From NCBI GenBank assembly GCA_963768295.1, contig CAVYHN010000009.1:262548-326547 (forward strand): a stretch of 64,000 bases of DNA. The letters run 5' to 3'. The notes beneath the pieces were generated by a model that was not told the DNA's origin, searched no databases, and saw nothing but the letters and a program-made list of their open reading frames with translations. The stretch's first letter is position 1. Each line of letters starts with the position of its first letter. This document shows positions 19,558-30,571 of the stretch, piece by piece. This DNA comes from an uncultured Gammaproteobacteria bacterium (lineage in GTDB: Bacteria > Pseudomonadota > Gammaproteobacteria > GCA-001735895). Both the position numbers and the translations under genes were made by a program.

Positions 19558-19575
19558 ATGCATCTTGCGTGCCAG
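19558..19575 (-). promoter_or_regulatory. sigma-54 promoter candidate (TGGCAC-GCAAG-ATGCA) upstream of fliK
   Basis: Reverse complement CTGGCACGCAAGATGCAT. GG and GC spaced exactly 10 nt, in the 100-nt fliJ-fliK gap. Confidence 0.5.
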
Positions 19576-19591
19576 TTTTATCAATCTGGTT

Positions 19592-20026
19592 TTAACGTCG
19601 CCTGGTGTTGCGCTGGGAGAATTCATCGAGCGCTTTCTGTTCCTTGCGCTCCTGCTCGACAAACTCCTGCTGTTGCAGCTTTTCCACGACCTTGTGCATC
19701 TTCTTCGAATCGATTCGCGTTGCCGTCCATAGCTGACGCTTGTATTCCAGTTCCTGCTGACGCAGCGCGACCAGCTCCAATTGCCTTTCGATGGTCTGAT
19801 CGAGTTGCTGCATGAAGCGATTGAACTCCTGCAATTCGATAGGCGTGAAGACCCCGATATCATATTTTTTCTTTTGCAGGTACTCGAGCTTGTAATCCTG
19901 CAGCTGTCTCAGCCGGGTTTGCTCGCCGTCGAGCACCGCCTGGCTCTGCGCAACTTCCTGCAGCGCACGCTTCTCTTTTTTGTCGGTATGCTGCACAACC
20001 GGACGTAAGCGCTGGGTTCGAGTCAT
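19592..20026 (-). CDS. fliJ: flagellar export chaperone-like protein FliJ
   Basis: 144-aa coiled-coil protein rich in Q/E/K/R, directly downstream of fliI. Confidence 0.8.
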   Translation of the reverse strand: MTRTQRLRPVVQHTDKKEKRALQEVAQSQAVLDGEQTRLRQLQDYKLEYLQKKKYDIGVFTPIELQEFNRFMQQLDQTIERQLELVALRQQELEYKRQLWTATRIDSKKMHKVVEKLQQQEFVEQERKEQKALDEFSQRNTRRR

Positions 20027-20029
20027 GGT

Positions 20030-21451
20030 TTAGCTTTCACCCTGTTTCAGGTCCTGCACCAGCAGCGTATCGACTGCCTGCGGCTGCTCCTCATCGCCGG
20101 TTTGACTGAGCACCTGCGCCAGCTGATCGCGGCTGCCGCCGAAGTCTACCGACTGATTCATGTCCTGGCGGATGAAATCGATTATTTGCGGATGCATGCG
20201 CACCGCCCGATCGATGGCGGGGTCGGTTCCCGGCTGGTAAGCGCCGACGCTGATCAGGTCTCGATTTTGCTGGTAAAGACTGTAGAGTCCCCTGAAATTC
20301 TGCGTCATGCCCATGTGTTCCGGGGTTGTAATCTGCGGCGTCAGCCGGCTGATGGAAGCCTCGATATCGATTGCCGGGTAAACGCCGGTTTCCGCCAGCT
20401 GCCGCGATAGCACGATATGCCCATCGAGTATTGCGCGCGCGGCATCGGCAATCGGGTCGGCATGGTCGTCGCCCTCTACCAGCACCGTGTAAAACGCGGT
20501 TATCGAACCCGAATTCCGGGCCCCGTTACCGGCGCGCTCGACCAGCTGCGGCAGGCGCGCGAATACCGACGGCGGGTAGCCCTTGGTTGCCGGGGGTTCG
20601 CCAATCGCGAGCGCGATTTCGCGTTGCGCCTGGGCAAAGCGGGTAAGCGAATCCATCAACAACAACACGTTCTTACCCTGATCGCGAAAATACTCGGCGA
20701 TGCTGGTCGCCTGCATTGCGCCATGAATACGCATCAACGGCGATGAGTCCGCCGGCGCGGCAACCACGACCGCTTTTTTCAGCCCCTGTTCACCCAAAAT
20801 TTCCTGCACGAATTCCTTGACCTCACGCCCGCGTTCGCCGATTAGTCCAACCACGACGATATCGGCCTCGGTATAACGCGTCATCATACCCAGCAGCACC
20901 GATTTGCCGACGCCGCTGCCGGCGAACAAACCCATGCGCTGGCCGCGGCCAATCGGGCACAGCGCGTTAATCGCGCGCACGCCGACGTCGAGTTCCTCGC
21001 GAATCGGAGTCCGCGCCAGGGGATTGATTTCCTTACCCTGCAAGGCGATTTTATTACGCGCGCGCAGTGGCCCCTTGTCGTCCAGCGGTCGGCCACGCCC
21101 ATCGATGACGCGACCCAGCAGTTCCGGGCCAACCAGCACGTCCGATCCATGCCGGGTCGGAATCACGCGCGCATTCGGCACCAGGCCATGCACTTCGGAG
21201 GTCGGCATCAGGTAAAGGCTGTCGCCGGAAAAACCGACAACTTCGGTTTCGACACGCTCACCCACGGAGTTGACGACGTCACAGCGCGCGCCGATCGGCG
21301 CCTGGCAGCCGGCCGCCTCCAGGGTCAAACCGACCATGCGAGTCAACACGCCCTCGACCACAGGCTTGCCGTAACGCCTGGCTTCGCTACCAACCCGCGC
21401 CAACGCGGTCATCCAGTCGCGGCTCGCTTTTTCAATAAAAGCGTCCGCCAT
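20030..21451 (-). CDS. fliI: flagellum-specific ATP synthase FliI
   Basis: Walker A GSGVGKS and Walker B, F1-ATPase beta-like fold. Start set at the Met of MADAFIEK, whose ATG overlaps the fliH TGA by 1 nt (ATGA coupling). The ORF-track start 21553 would overlap fliH by 100 nt. Confidence 0.95.
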   Translation of the reverse strand: MADAFIEKASRDWMTALARVGSEARRYGKPVVEGVLTRMVGLTLEAAGCQAPIGARCDVVNSVGERVETEVVGFSGDSLYLMPTSEVHGLVPNARVIPTRHGSDVLVGPELLGRVIDGRGRPLDDKGPLRARNKIALQGKEINPLARTPIREELDVGVRAINALCPIGRGQRMGLFAGSGVGKSVLLGMMTRYTEADIVVVGLIGERGREVKEFVQEILGEQGLKKAVVVAAPADSSPLMRIHGAMQATSIAEYFRDQGKNVLLLMDSLTRFAQAQREIALAIGEPPATKGYPPSVFARLPQLVERAGNGARNSGSITAFYTVLVEGDDHADPIADAARAILDGHIVLSRQLAETGVYPAIDIEASISRLTPQITTPEHMGMTQNFRGLYSLYQQNRDLISVGAYQPGTDPAIDRAVRMHPQIIDFIRQDMNQSVDFGGSRDQLAQVLSQTGDEEQPQAVDTLLVQDLKQGES

Positions 21452-22080
21452 CAATCCTGCTCCCTTTCGCCGCCGAGCACCGAGGCCGCGAGTTCGGACA
21501 ACCGATTCTCCAGGGTGGCGTTGATCGACGACGGCGGTGCGCTGATCTGACAACCGCCACGCGTAATTATCGGATCTTCCACCAGTTTCCAGCTATGCTC
21601 CTCGTCGCCGGATTCCAGCGACAGCGCATTACGCACCAGGCGGGCATCCTCGGGATGCAGCTGAATCGAAATGTTGCGCATATTGCCGGGCAGCAACTTG
21701 ACCGAATCGCGGATCAGACCGATTATTTCGCCGGGCTCGATCTTCAGCTCGCGCCGCACCAGCTGCTGCGCCAGCGTCACCGCGAGCTGCGTCAACTGGT
21801 GTTCGATGTCTTCGTTCAGCGATTGCAGCGGGTGCTCGAAAAAATCAATCAATTGCAACAGGCGGCGCTGTAACGCCTCGGCTTCCTGCTGCGCGCGTAT
21901 CAGACCCTGCTGGAATCCCTCTTCCTCGGCCTGCTGGCGCCATTGCTCGATATCGCCCGCGGTTGGCATCGAAGCTTCTTCTGCTTCGCGATGCCGCAGC
22001 ACCTGGCTAGGATCGGCCTGCATTATCGGTGCACGCCATTTCTCGACTATTTTGTCAGCCACGATTCCAGATTCACTCAT
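21451..22080 (-). CDS. fliH: flagellar assembly protein FliH
   Basis: 209 aa, FliH/YscL-like C-terminal region, between fliG and fliI. Confidence 0.8.
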   Translation of the reverse strand: MSESGIVADKIVEKWRAPIMQADPSQVLRHREAEEASMPTAGDIEQWRQQAEEEGFQQGLIRAQQEAEALQRRLLQLIDFFEHPLQSLNEDIEHQLTQLAVTLAQQLVRRELKIEPGEIIGLIRDSVKLLPGNMRNISIQLHPEDARLVRNALSLESGDEEHSWKLVEDPIITRGGCQISAPPSSINATLENRLSELAASVLGGEREQD

Positions 22081-22118
22081 CTATTCTTGTCATCAGGCGA
22101 TACCCCGCAACGGCGTGG

Positions 22119-23135
22119 TTAAACCATTTCCTCGCCACCACCCATCAACACGATCTCCCCGGATTCTTCCAGTTTGCGCGCGACCGCCAGAATTTCCTTT
22201 TGCGCCGCCTCGACCTCGCTGAGTTTGACCGGACCCTTTGCTTCCATGTCCTCGGCCAGCATTTCCGCGGCTCGCGATGACATGTTCTTGAGGAATTTCT
22301 TTTGCATTTCGTCGTCGACGCCCTTGAGCGCGAGCGACAGCAGATCGGTGGATACCTCGCGCATCATGGTCTGGATGCCGCGGTCGTCGACCGCGCGCAG
22401 GTTGTCGAAGACAAACATCTGGTCCTCGATGCGTGCCGCGAGATCTTCGTTTTCGGTGCGAATCTGTTCCATCATCTTGTTTTCGATCGAACTGTCGATG
22501 AGGTTAAGGATATTGGCGGCGGTTTTCTCACCACCCACCATCGATGACTTGACGTTTTCGCTGTCACTGAAATATTTTTCCATGATCGAGTCGAGCTCCT
22601 TGATCGCCGCCGGCTGCACGCCTTCCAGCGTGGCGATACGCATCAAAATCCCCGCACGGGTGCTTTCCGGCAGGTTGGCAAGCACCTGCGCCGCGCTGTC
22701 GGCCTCGAGATACGACAGCACAATAGCGATAATCTGGGGATGCTCGAGGCGGATAATTTCGGCAATCGATCTCGGATCCATCCACTTCAACGACTCCAGG
22801 CCGTTGCTGCCGCTATCCATCAGGATGCGATTGATCACGCCGCCGGCTTTTTCACCCAGCGCTTTCTCGAGCATGCCGCGAATATAGGCATCATTACCGA
22901 TGCCAAGCGCAGTTTGCGACTCGAGCGTATCGAAAAAATCGTCGATAACATTTTCCACCGTCGGGCGCGAGACATCGTTCATCGTTGCCATAGTGGAACC
23001 GACCAGCTGCACTTCTCTCGGATTCATGTGCTGCAGTATCTCCGCGGCCACGTCTTCACCGAGCGTCAGCAACAGCACCCCGGCTTTTTCCGGCCCCTTG
23101 ATCGTAGCCCCCTTTTGCGCCTGATCGTCCGCCAC
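22119..23135 (-). CDS. fliG: flagellar motor switch protein FliG
   Basis: 338 aa, three armadillo-like FliG domains, C-terminal torque helix region conserved. Confidence 0.9.
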   Translation of the reverse strand: MADDQAQKGATIKGPEKAGVLLLTLGEDVAAEILQHMNPREVQLVGSTMATMNDVSRPTVENVIDDFFDTLESQTALGIGNDAYIRGMLEKALGEKAGGVINRILMDSGSNGLESLKWMDPRSIAEIIRLEHPQIIAIVLSYLEADSAAQVLANLPESTRAGILMRIATLEGVQPAAIKELDSIMEKYFSDSENVKSSMVGGEKTAANILNLIDSSIENKMMEQIRTENEDLAARIEDQMFVFDNLRAVDDRGIQTMMREVSTDLLSLALKGVDDEMQKKFLKNMSSRAAEMLAEDMEAKGPVKLSEVEAAQKEILAVARKLEESGEIVLMGGGEEMV

Positions 23136-24892
23136 TATTCGTCACCCACCCAGTTTTTCATCACGTTTGCGACTCGCGCCGGATCGTCCATCACCATCGA
23201 CCGCGCCATGTCCAGCTTTTGCTCGTAGGTTGCATCCTTGCGCCTGACCATGACGGCCGGATTATTGGGATCCTGGGCAAGATTGGGGATTCCGATATTC
23301 CCGCTGCCCGGGTATTGCCCAGCCATGGCCGCAGACTGCTGCATCGGCATCGCGGTACCCAGGTTCTGCGCCGCGCCCTCGCCGGCAGATGCCGGCGTAT
23401 CACTGTTCTTCAGCGACAGCGAGCGCAAAAGGGGGCGCACAAAAATAAAATAGACCAGCAGAACACCGAGCGCGCCGAGCACCTGCTTGATCAGGTTGAC
23501 GATCCAGGCTTCGCTCAGCAGGCTTTTCCATGCAGGCACCGCCTCGATTTCCGGTGCCGCCACCTCGAGGAATGAGGCATTGATCACGCTGACCGAATCA
23601 CCGCGGTTGGCGTCGTATCCGATGGTTTCCTGGACCAGGTTGACGAAGCGCGCGATTTCCTCATCGCTATAGGGCGTTTTACTGATACTGCCATCGTCGG
23701 CGGTGACCTGCTTGTCGTCGATGATAACCGCGACCGACAGCCGTTGTATGCTGCCAACGGGGTTACTGGTATGGCTGATAACCCGATCGACTTCGTAGTT
23801 ACGCGTCGCCGAGCGGTTCTGGTTGGACGGAATGTCGTCATTGATGGCCGTGTCGACACCGAGTTCGGCTGCCGGTTCGATCGTGCCAGCGGCCGGCGGC
23901 TGGTTGCTCAACGCTCCCGGAATGCCCAGGGCCTGCGACAGGCTGCGGTTTTCTTCTTCCTTGATTTGCTCGCTGCGGATGACGCTGCGTTCCGGGTCGA
24001 AGGCTTCGCGGGTCGATTCGACCGCGGAGAAATCAAGCTGTGCGGCGACCTGTGCATTGACGTTTCCCTGGCCGACAATCGGTTGCAACAGGTTGATGAT
24101 GCGATCGACGAAGCTGTCTTCGAGTCGGCGTGAGTAGTCGAACTGGCGCGTGGTCTGCGCCATGCCCTTGTCTTCATCATCGGTTAGCAGGCGGCCGAAC
24201 TGATCGACCACCTTGACTTCGGTACTCTCCAGCATCGGGATACTGGAAGCGATCATTTGCACGATGGCTTCAACCTGTCCATCGTTGAGCGAACGGCCCG
24301 GATACAGCTTGACCACCACCGAGGCGCTCGGCCGGGTGCGGTTACGAATGAAAATAGACTGTTCTGGAATCGCCAGATGCACGCGCGCCTTTTCGACCGC
24401 ATGGATAGATTCAACCGAACGCACCAGTTCGGCTTCGAGCGCGTGATTGTAACGGGCGGTCTCCATGAACTGGCTGGTGCCGAGACCCTGCTCTTCCTGC
24501 AGCATCTCCATACCGGGCTGGCCACCACCGGCCAGGCCCTGCGAGGCCAGCAGCAAGCGCGCTTCCGACAAGCGGCTCTGATCGACCATCAGGGTACCGC
24601 TGGCGGCGTCGAGTCTGAAATCGATATCGCGTGACATCAGCGCATCGGCAGCCTGGGCGGCATCCTTGCCTGACATATTGTCAAATAGCGGAGCAAAATT
24701 CGGCTCCGCCGACCACAGCACCACGACCATACCGATGGCGATGGCTCCCGCCAGCCCGATCAGCTTGCTGAAGTGGCGCACCGCGCGCGACTGCGCCACG
24801 ACGTCGATGGCATTGATCTGACGTGGCGCGACAGCGACCATGCCTCCATCCGCACCGGCCATCATCTGTTGATTAACGCTTGCTTCAGCCAT
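23135..24892 (-). CDS. fliF: flagellar M-ring protein FliF
   Basis: 585 aa, N-terminal TM, periplasmic RBM domains, C-terminal TM plus FliG-binding tail. Confidence 0.9.
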   Translation of the reverse strand: MAEASVNQQMMAGADGGMVAVAPRQINAIDVVAQSRAVRHFSKLIGLAGAIAIGMVVVLWSAEPNFAPLFDNMSGKDAAQAADALMSRDIDFRLDAASGTLMVDQSRLSEARLLLASQGLAGGGQPGMEMLQEEQGLGTSQFMETARYNHALEAELVRSVESIHAVEKARVHLAIPEQSIFIRNRTRPSASVVVKLYPGRSLNDGQVEAIVQMIASSIPMLESTEVKVVDQFGRLLTDDEDKGMAQTTRQFDYSRRLEDSFVDRIINLLQPIVGQGNVNAQVAAQLDFSAVESTREAFDPERSVIRSEQIKEEENRSLSQALGIPGALSNQPPAAGTIEPAAELGVDTAINDDIPSNQNRSATRNYEVDRVISHTSNPVGSIQRLSVAVIIDDKQVTADDGSISKTPYSDEEIARFVNLVQETIGYDANRGDSVSVINASFLEVAAPEIEAVPAWKSLLSEAWIVNLIKQVLGALGVLLVYFIFVRPLLRSLSLKNSDTPASAGEGAAQNLGTAMPMQQSAAMAGQYPGSGNIGIPNLAQDPNNPAVMVRRKDATYEQKLDMARSMVMDDPARVANVMKNWVGDE

Positions 24893-24895
24893 GGG

Positions 24896-25216
24896 TTACA
24901 CCGACATATTCATCACGTCCTGATAGGCGCTCAGGAGCTTGTTACGGACCTGGGTCAAGGCCTCGAAGGAAACCCGGGACTTGTTGACAGCGATCATGAC
25001 TTGCGACAGATCGATATTCTCACCCAGTTCGAAGGCGGTGGTCAGGGACGACGCCTGCATCTGGGTTTCGTTTACCTGGTTGATCGCCTGTTGCATCAAC
25101 TCGCCGAATTCAGGGCCCTGATCGGTTTTGATCTCGGGCTGCATCTGCTGGCTTTTAGCCAGCGACTCGAGCGCCTGCATCTGGTTCAACAAGCTATTTT
25201 GCGTCTTACTAATCAT
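24896..25216 (-). CDS. fliE: flagellar hook-basal body protein FliE
   Basis: About 107 aa (…FGELMQQAINQVNETQMQASSLTTAFELGE…VMIAVNKSRVSFEALTQVRNKLLSAYQDVMNM). Internal Met chosen; the longer ORF to 25267 is possible. Confidence 0.8.
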   Translation of the reverse strand: MISKTQNSLLNQMQALESLAKSQQMQPEIKTDQGPEFGELMQQAINQVNETQMQASSLTTAFELGENIDLSQVMIAVNKSRVSFEALTQVRNKLLSAYQDVMNMSV

Positions 25217-25341
25217 GCAACTACCCCTATCGGTCGATTTCTTGACGAATTTGACCCGCAAATCCATTGCAGGCTAAAAACCGTTAACATTTTGACATTC
25301 AGTCGTGCAAACCGGCCTTGTTCGGGCCTGTTTATATAGCG

Positions 25342-25358
25342 AGCAACAATCGCGCCAA
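25342..25358 (-). promoter_or_regulatory. sigma-54 promoter candidate (TGGCGC-GATTG-TTGCT) upstream of fliE
   Basis: Reverse complement TTGGCGCGATTGTTGCT, one mismatch to TGGCAC-N5-TTGCW, about 75 nt upstream of the fliE ORF. Confidence 0.5.
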
Positions 25359-25442
25359 CTTTAGTCCTCACGCGGCATGGAAGCCGCGCGGGGAAACTGG
25401 ACTTTTTTTATAGTGGCGCCTGGAAAGCATTAACAAGGAAAA

Positions 25443-26771
25443 TTATTCGGGGACCGGGGCGCCGGCTTCGCGCAGCTTGGCCAGCTTGTAGCGCAGCGTA
25501 CGCGGGCTGATACCCAGTTTTTCCGCGGTCTTCTTGCGGCTGCCCTTGAACAGTCGCAGGGTTTCGAGAATGACTTCGGTTTCACGGCCACGCAGATCTG
25601 AATGCAGCATGCCGTTATCTTCCAGCAATGGCTCGAGCTGAACTTCATCGATCGCGTTGTTCTCCAGCATGATGTCCTGCGGCAGGATTTCCTTACCCTG
25701 CTTCATGATCAATGCGCGCTGGATCACGTTGTCCAGTTCGCGCACGTTGCCGGGCCAGTCGTGCTGGCACAGCTTGTCGCAGGCCGCCTCGGAAAGCCGA
25801 ATCGATTCGCCCGCCGCGCGGCTGTACTGGGCCAGGATCTTGTGCGCGATAGGCACGATATCGTCAGGACGCTGGCGCAGCGCGGGTATTGTGATTGGAA
25901 ACACGTTGAGTCGATAAAACAGGTCTTCGCGAAAATTCTTAGCGCGCACTTCCTGGCGCAGATCGCGATTGGTGGTGGCGATAATGCGCACGTCGAGGTC
26001 GATGATTTTGCTGCTGCCGAGACGCTCGACTTCCTTTTCCTGCAACACGCGTAGAATTTTCGCCTGCAGCCCAAGATCCATTTCGGTTATCTCATCGAGT
26101 AAAAGGGTGCCGCCCTGCGCCTGCTCAAACTTACCCATGGTAGCCTTATGGGCGCCGGTAAACGCGCCCTTTTCATAACCGAACAAAACCGCCTCGAGCA
26201 TGTTTTCCGGAATCGCCGCGCAATTGATCGCGACGAAGGCCTGCTCGCTGCGCACCGACTGCTGATGGATGAAGCGCGAGTAGACTTCCTTGCCCACCCC
26301 GCTCTCGCCGTTGAGCAAGACCGAAGCATCGGTCTGGGCGACACGCTTCGCCATTACCAGGGTTTCCTGGCTGGCGCGATCGACCGCTACCAGCCCCTGG
26401 TCGCTTGGCACCGGATGACGGATTTGTTTGCGCACCGTATTGACCAGGCTTCTCACTTCGAAAGGCTTGACCAGGTAATCCGCGGCACCCGCCTGAATCG
26501 CATCGACCGCCTGGGGTATCGAGCCGTAGGCGGTCATCAGAATGACCGGCACATCGATCTGCTTCTTGCGGATAGACGATAGCAGTTCGTAACCGTTACC
26601 CGGACTCATCTGTACATCGCTCAACACCAGCGAAGCCGAGTGGCTTGCCAGAAAGCGTTCCGCGGCCTGGCCGTTTTCCGCTTCGTGAAAGCTGATTTCA
26701 TTGAGCTGCAGCGTATCGCAAATTGCTTCGCGCAGATCGGCATCGTCTTCTACTACCAGTACATCTACCAT
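25443..26771 (-). CDS. fleR: sigma-54-dependent two-component response regulator FleR/FlrC
   Basis: Receiver (D…LVLSDVQMSPGNG) plus AAA+ sigma-54 activator domain (GESGVGKE, GAFTGA) plus C-terminal HTH. Confidence 0.9.
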   Translation of the reverse strand: MVDVLVVEDDADLREAICDTLQLNEISFHEAENGQAAERFLASHSASLVLSDVQMSPGNGYELLSSIRKKQIDVPVILMTAYGSIPQAVDAIQAGAADYLVKPFEVRSLVNTVRKQIRHPVPSDQGLVAVDRASQETLVMAKRVAQTDASVLLNGESGVGKEVYSRFIHQQSVRSEQAFVAINCAAIPENMLEAVLFGYEKGAFTGAHKATMGKFEQAQGGTLLLDEITEMDLGLQAKILRVLQEKEVERLGSSKIIDLDVRIIATTNRDLRQEVRAKNFREDLFYRLNVFPITIPALRQRPDDIVPIAHKILAQYSRAAGESIRLSEAACDKLCQHDWPGNVRELDNVIQRALIMKQGKEILPQDIMLENNAIDEVQLEPLLEDNGMLHSDLRGRETEVILETLRLFKGSRKKTAEKLGISPRTLRYKLAKLREAGAPVPE

Positions 26772-26774
26772 GGT

Positions 26775-27968
26775 CTAACTCCCTTCTTGGGTATCAATTT
26801 CTCGAGTGTTGCTAATTTGGGTTTTCAGCGCCTGGCGGCAGGGCAGAAATATTCGAAAGCGACAGCCTCGCCCGGGGCGCGAGTAAACCGCGATGCGGCC
26901 CTGGTGCGATTCGATTACCGCCTTGACCACCGCGAGACCAAGCCCGGTGCCATCGGTCTTGGTGCTGTAAAAAGGATCGAAGATATGCGCCCGCGTGTCC
27001 CGGTCCATTCCGCAACCGTTATCCCGGATCGATATCGACAGCAGGCCGCGCATCGTCATCCCGATGCTGATTTCGATACGCGGTGCCTGCGCACAGGCCT
27101 GTAACGCGTTCATGCACAGATTCGCGAGCGCGCCGAGCAGCGCATCCTTGTTGCCCTGCAACTCGACTGCGGCTTCCTGTCCTTCCAGTTGCAGCAGCGC
27201 GTCGCGCTGCTGTAGCTGCGGCAGGAGTTGTTCATTCAGTTCTTCGATCAATTCATTAACCGAAAAGCGGGTGGTCACGAACTGGCCACCATGCGCAAAC
27301 ACCAGCATATCGTTGATTAGTTTTTCGATATGACGATTGCGCGCTAACGCCTTTTCACAAAAGGCCTGGCTGGTGTCCTGATCGAGCTGGCCGTCGACGC
27401 ATTGCGACAGGTATAACATCGACGAGGCCAGCGGCGTCCTGATCTGGTGCGCGAGACTGGCCATCATCTTGCCCATCGTGACCAGGTGCAGGTTTTGCTG
27501 CGCGGTGCGCTGCAGCTCACGAGTTTGAGTTACATCGCTGAGGAGTAAAACCTGGCCGGGCGCATATCCCAGCGGACGGGTCGAGATACTGAACTGGCGA
27601 CCGTCGGCGGTTTTCAGCTCACCCTGGTCGAGTTCGGGCAGAAAGACGCGTTGCACGATATCGCGCCAGGCCTGCCGCTCCGGTGATGTGCCCAGCAACT
27701 CACGCGCGCTCTGGTTCGCCTCGGCAACCTCGCCGTGTCGATCGAGCACCACGACGCCACCCGGAATTGCATCCAGCAGGCGCGGATTGACATCATCGGT
27801 CGACGCTGCAGACGGATTGACGCGCTCGACATTCTGGTTGATCTGATCGACGCTGGCATAGAGCTGCGCCGACAGTCGATTGAATTGATCAAACGCCTGC
27901 TGCAGGTCCTGCAGCGAGCGAGCGTCGCTATGTACATTCTGGTTATCCACAGCCGATAAGGTGCACAA
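26775..27968 (-). CDS. fleS: sensor histidine kinase FleS/FlrB (PAS-HisKA-HATPase, cytoplasmic)
   Basis: PAS-like N-terminus, H-box AHQIRTPLASSML, HATPase G-boxes; immediately upstream of fleR. Confidence 0.85.
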   Translation of the reverse strand: MCTLSAVDNQNVHSDARSLQDLQQAFDQFNRLSAQLYASVDQINQNVERVNPSAASTDDVNPRLLDAIPGGVVVLDRHGEVAEANQSARELLGTSPERQAWRDIVQRVFLPELDQGELKTADGRQFSISTRPLGYAPGQVLLLSDVTQTRELQRTAQQNLHLVTMGKMMASLAHQIRTPLASSMLYLSQCVDGQLDQDTSQAFCEKALARNRHIEKLINDMLVFAHGGQFVTTRFSVNELIEELNEQLLPQLQQRDALLQLEGQEAAVELQGNKDALLGALANLCMNALQACAQAPRIEISIGMTMRGLLSISIRDNGCGMDRDTRAHIFDPFYSTKTDGTGLGLAVVKAVIESHQGRIAVYSRPGRGCRFRIFLPCRQALKTQISNTREIDTQEGS

Positions 27969-28203
27969 GCCAAACCAATTGCAATAACTTGAACAATATC
28001 AACTAGTTAAAAAGCGATCTTGATTCGCGATGCCATAAAAATGACGCTATATCGCGGTTCTGCACAGGATAATGCTGACAGGTGTCAGAATTCTGCTGCT
28101 ATAGCGCGAGTCGAGTTTAGAGCGGTGCTGCTGCAGGGGCGCAAGCGGCCATGCAGGGCGCAGTGGGACGGGGTCAGGTTAATTGGGGAGCGAGTGTGAC
28201 CGA

Positions 28204-29622
28204 CTACTCGCTGCGTTCGATTTCGTACTTGCGCATTTTTTCGACCAGCGTGGTACGGCGCATATTGAGCATGGTGGCGGCGCGGGCGACCACGTTGTTG
28301 GTGGCGGACAGGGCCTGTTCAATCAATGCGATTTCGATATCGGTGAGATACTTCTTCATATCGATGCCATCGGTTGGCAATTCACTCAGATGCGAATTTA
28401 TCGGGGCCAGAATGGCGTCTTCATCGTTGATTTCGACATCCGCGGTTAGCATGCCCGGCGTCTGGTATTTTTCCGGGAGGTCCTTGGAATCGACCACGCC
28501 ATGGGGAAACAGGATAGCCAGCCGCTCGATCAGGTTGGCGAGTTCGCGCACATTGCCCGGCCAGGCATATTGCTGCAGCATGGCAATCGCTTTCTTGCTC
28601 AACCGCACCGAACCGCGATTCTCGCGTTCGATTCGAGATATCATTTCGTGTATCAACAGTGGGATATCCGACCTGCGCTCCTGTAGCGGCGGCACTTCGA
28701 TCGGGAACACGTTAAGCCGATAAAACAGGTCTTCGCGGAAATTGCCCTCGGCTATCAGATCCTCGAGGCGACGATGGGTTGCAGCAATGACCCGCACATC
28801 AGCTTTAATCGACTTGTTGCTACCCACCTTTTCATAACAGCGCTCCTGCAGTACCCGCAACAGCTTGACCTGCATCGGCAGCGGCATATCGCCTATTTCG
28901 TCGAGGAATATGACCCCGCCCTCGGCCAGTTCAAAACGTCCCTGGCGTGAGCTGATGGCACCGGTGAAAGCGCCTTTTTCATGGCCGAATAGTTCACTCT
29001 CGAGCAATTCTGCCGGTATCGCACCACAGTTAATCGGAATAAAGGGCTTCTTGTTACGCGAGGATTGCGCATGAATATTTCGCGCGATAACTTCCTTGCC
29101 GGTGCCCGAGTCACCGAGAATCAGGACCGAGGCGTTGGTGTCGGAGACCTGGTCGATCATCAGGTTAATGCGTTCGATCGCATTGCTATTCCCGATCAAT
29201 GGCTGGCATTCCCGGTTTTGCATACGGCGTTCGCGCTTGTTGTGTTTGCGCGCCTGATCCAGCACCTGCGACAGTGAATAGTAATCCGACTGAAAGCACA
29301 GGCCCGAGATAAAGGGCAGTTGCACGACAATTTCGAGAGCGCTCAGTTCCGATTTATCGGCCAGTAGAACGACAGGATACTGACACTTGTCCTGCTTGTT
29401 GCGTTCCAGGAAAAACTTTGAAATATCATCGCCGCCAATACTGAAGATGGCGAGGTAGTTGAACAGTTCACGGCGCGGAATGTCGGGTAGTTGCTCGGGC
29501 GTGATCAGCTTGGCTTCGACCTTGATGAAGCCCAGCACGGCCAGGAAAGAGTGTCCTCGCGTATAGTTGGAATCGACAACCAGAACCTCGTTGCTGTCTT
29601 GGTTTCCACTATGTTCCATCAT
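28204..29622 (-). CDS. fleQ: sigma-54-dependent master flagellar regulator FleQ/FlrA
   Basis: Degenerate FleQ-type N-terminal domain without a phospho-acceptor context, AAA+ sigma-54 activator core ([14 protein letters not shown]), C-terminal HTH. Confidence 0.85.
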   Translation of the reverse strand: MMEHSGNQDSNEVLVVDSNYTRGHSFLAVLGFIKVEAKLITPEQLPDIPRRELFNYLAIFSIGGDDISKFFLERNKQDKCQYPVVLLADKSELSALEIVVQLPFISGLCFQSDYYSLSQVLDQARKHNKRERRMQNRECQPLIGNSNAIERINLMIDQVSDTNASVLILGDSGTGKEVIARNIHAQSSRNKKPFIPINCGAIPAELLESELFGHEKGAFTGAISSRQGRFELAEGGVIFLDEIGDMPLPMQVKLLRVLQERCYEKVGSNKSIKADVRVIAATHRRLEDLIAEGNFREDLFYRLNVFPIEVPPLQERRSDIPLLIHEMISRIERENRGSVRLSKKAIAMLQQYAWPGNVRELANLIERLAILFPHGVVDSKDLPEKYQTPGMLTADVEINDEDAILAPINSHLSELPTDGIDMKKYLTDIEIALIEQALSATNNVVARAATMLNMRRTTLVEKMRKYEIERSE

Positions 29623-29756
29623 CTGCTGTGACCCTGGTTACTTTGATCAAACTCCAGCCAGTTTTTTGACGACTCTGGAATTTATAACTTTAAGTCTAGT
29701 TCAGGCTGCCAGTTTTTCGACGGTGGAAAGTGATTTTTTTACATTGTATTTATTAA

Positions 29757-30080
29757 TCAAACAGCAGCCGAACTATTGGGGCCTGAGTCGTTGCTCAGGT
29801 AAGCCCGGGCCGCTTTCGATGAGGTTCGAAGCCGAGTCTGCTGCAGTACTATCGACTGTTTGAATAGGTTTAATTTATCGACTACCTGTTGATTAAGGTT
29901 TTTCAAATGCTGCGCCTTGATTACGTCGATTTCCTCGATAGAAACCATAAAAGCCTGTTCTATAAGCGGTTTCCTTTGAGCCTCGAGTTCATTGACACGT
30001 TGAAACTCGCCCTGCTCGAGCACTTCGAGTATTTCATCCGTTAGCGCAATCGCCTCGGCCAGCGCAGTTTTATCATTCAT
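29757..30080 (-). CDS. putative flagellar chaperone FliT-like protein
   Basis: About 107-aa helical protein immediately downstream of fliS (the usual fliT position); low sequence conservation. Start moved to the internal Met after the fliS stop. Confidence 0.45.
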   Translation of the reverse strand: MNDKTALAEAIALTDEILEVLEQGEFQRVNELEAQRKPLIEQAFMVSIEEIDVIKAQHLKNLNQQVVDKLNLFKQSIVLQQTRLRTSSKAARAYLSNDSGPNSSAAV

Positions 30081-30096
30081 CGATAGTCTGCCTTTA

Positions 30097-30501
30097 CTAG
30101 GCACTGACTGTCTGGCTCTGGGCGGGAATTTGCTCCCAGGCCGATTTGATTTTAAGCAAAAGTCCGCTTATTTCATTGAGCTTGGCTATGTCGTCCTCGA
30201 TATTAGCCTGGGTCAGAGAAATGATCATGTAGTGGTAGAGGTCTGAAAGATTTGTTGACAATGTCCCTTCATGAGAATGATCGAGGCAACCATCCAGTCC
30301 GCCGATGATCGAAATAGCCTTGCCGAGGAACTCGCCTTTTTGCGTCAAGTCACCGTGCTGCATGGCACCCTTGGCCTGGGCAATGCGTTCGATCGCGCCA
30401 TTCATCAGGCGCAGTATCAGTTCATGCGGATCGGCGTACTGGATTGAGCTATTGTCAGCGGACTGATATTGGTTGACGGCGTTTACTGCGAGGTTACTCA
30501 T
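30097..30501 (-). CDS. fliS: flagellin-specific chaperone FliS
   Basis: 134-aa FliS four-helix pattern (…QYADPHELILRLMNGAIERIAQAK…). Confidence 0.9.
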   Translation of the reverse strand: MSNLAVNAVNQYQSADNSSIQYADPHELILRLMNGAIERIAQAKGAMQHGDLTQKGEFLGKAISIIGGLDGCLDHSHEGTLSTNLSDLYHYMIISLTQANIEDDIAKLNEISGLLLKIKSAWEQIPAQSQTVSA

Positions 30502-30571
30502 TGATTATCTCTCCATTGTTTCTTAACTAGGTTATCGTCTTGCGATCGATATTCTTTAGAAAAGAAAGTCG

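Noticed and set aside
19495-19863. 122-aa minus-strand ORF overlapping fliJ and the fliJ-fliK gap
   Set aside because: Out-of-frame overlap with the well-supported fliJ. Ser/Arg/Cys-rich; the sigma-54 element lies within it.
27969-28203. sigma-54 promoter for fleSR in the fleQ-fleS gap
   Set aside because: No GG-N10-GC element with acceptable -24/-12 context was found. TGGCAT-CGCGA-ATCAA lacks the GC dinucleotide. fleSR may be read through from fleQ or use a different promoter.
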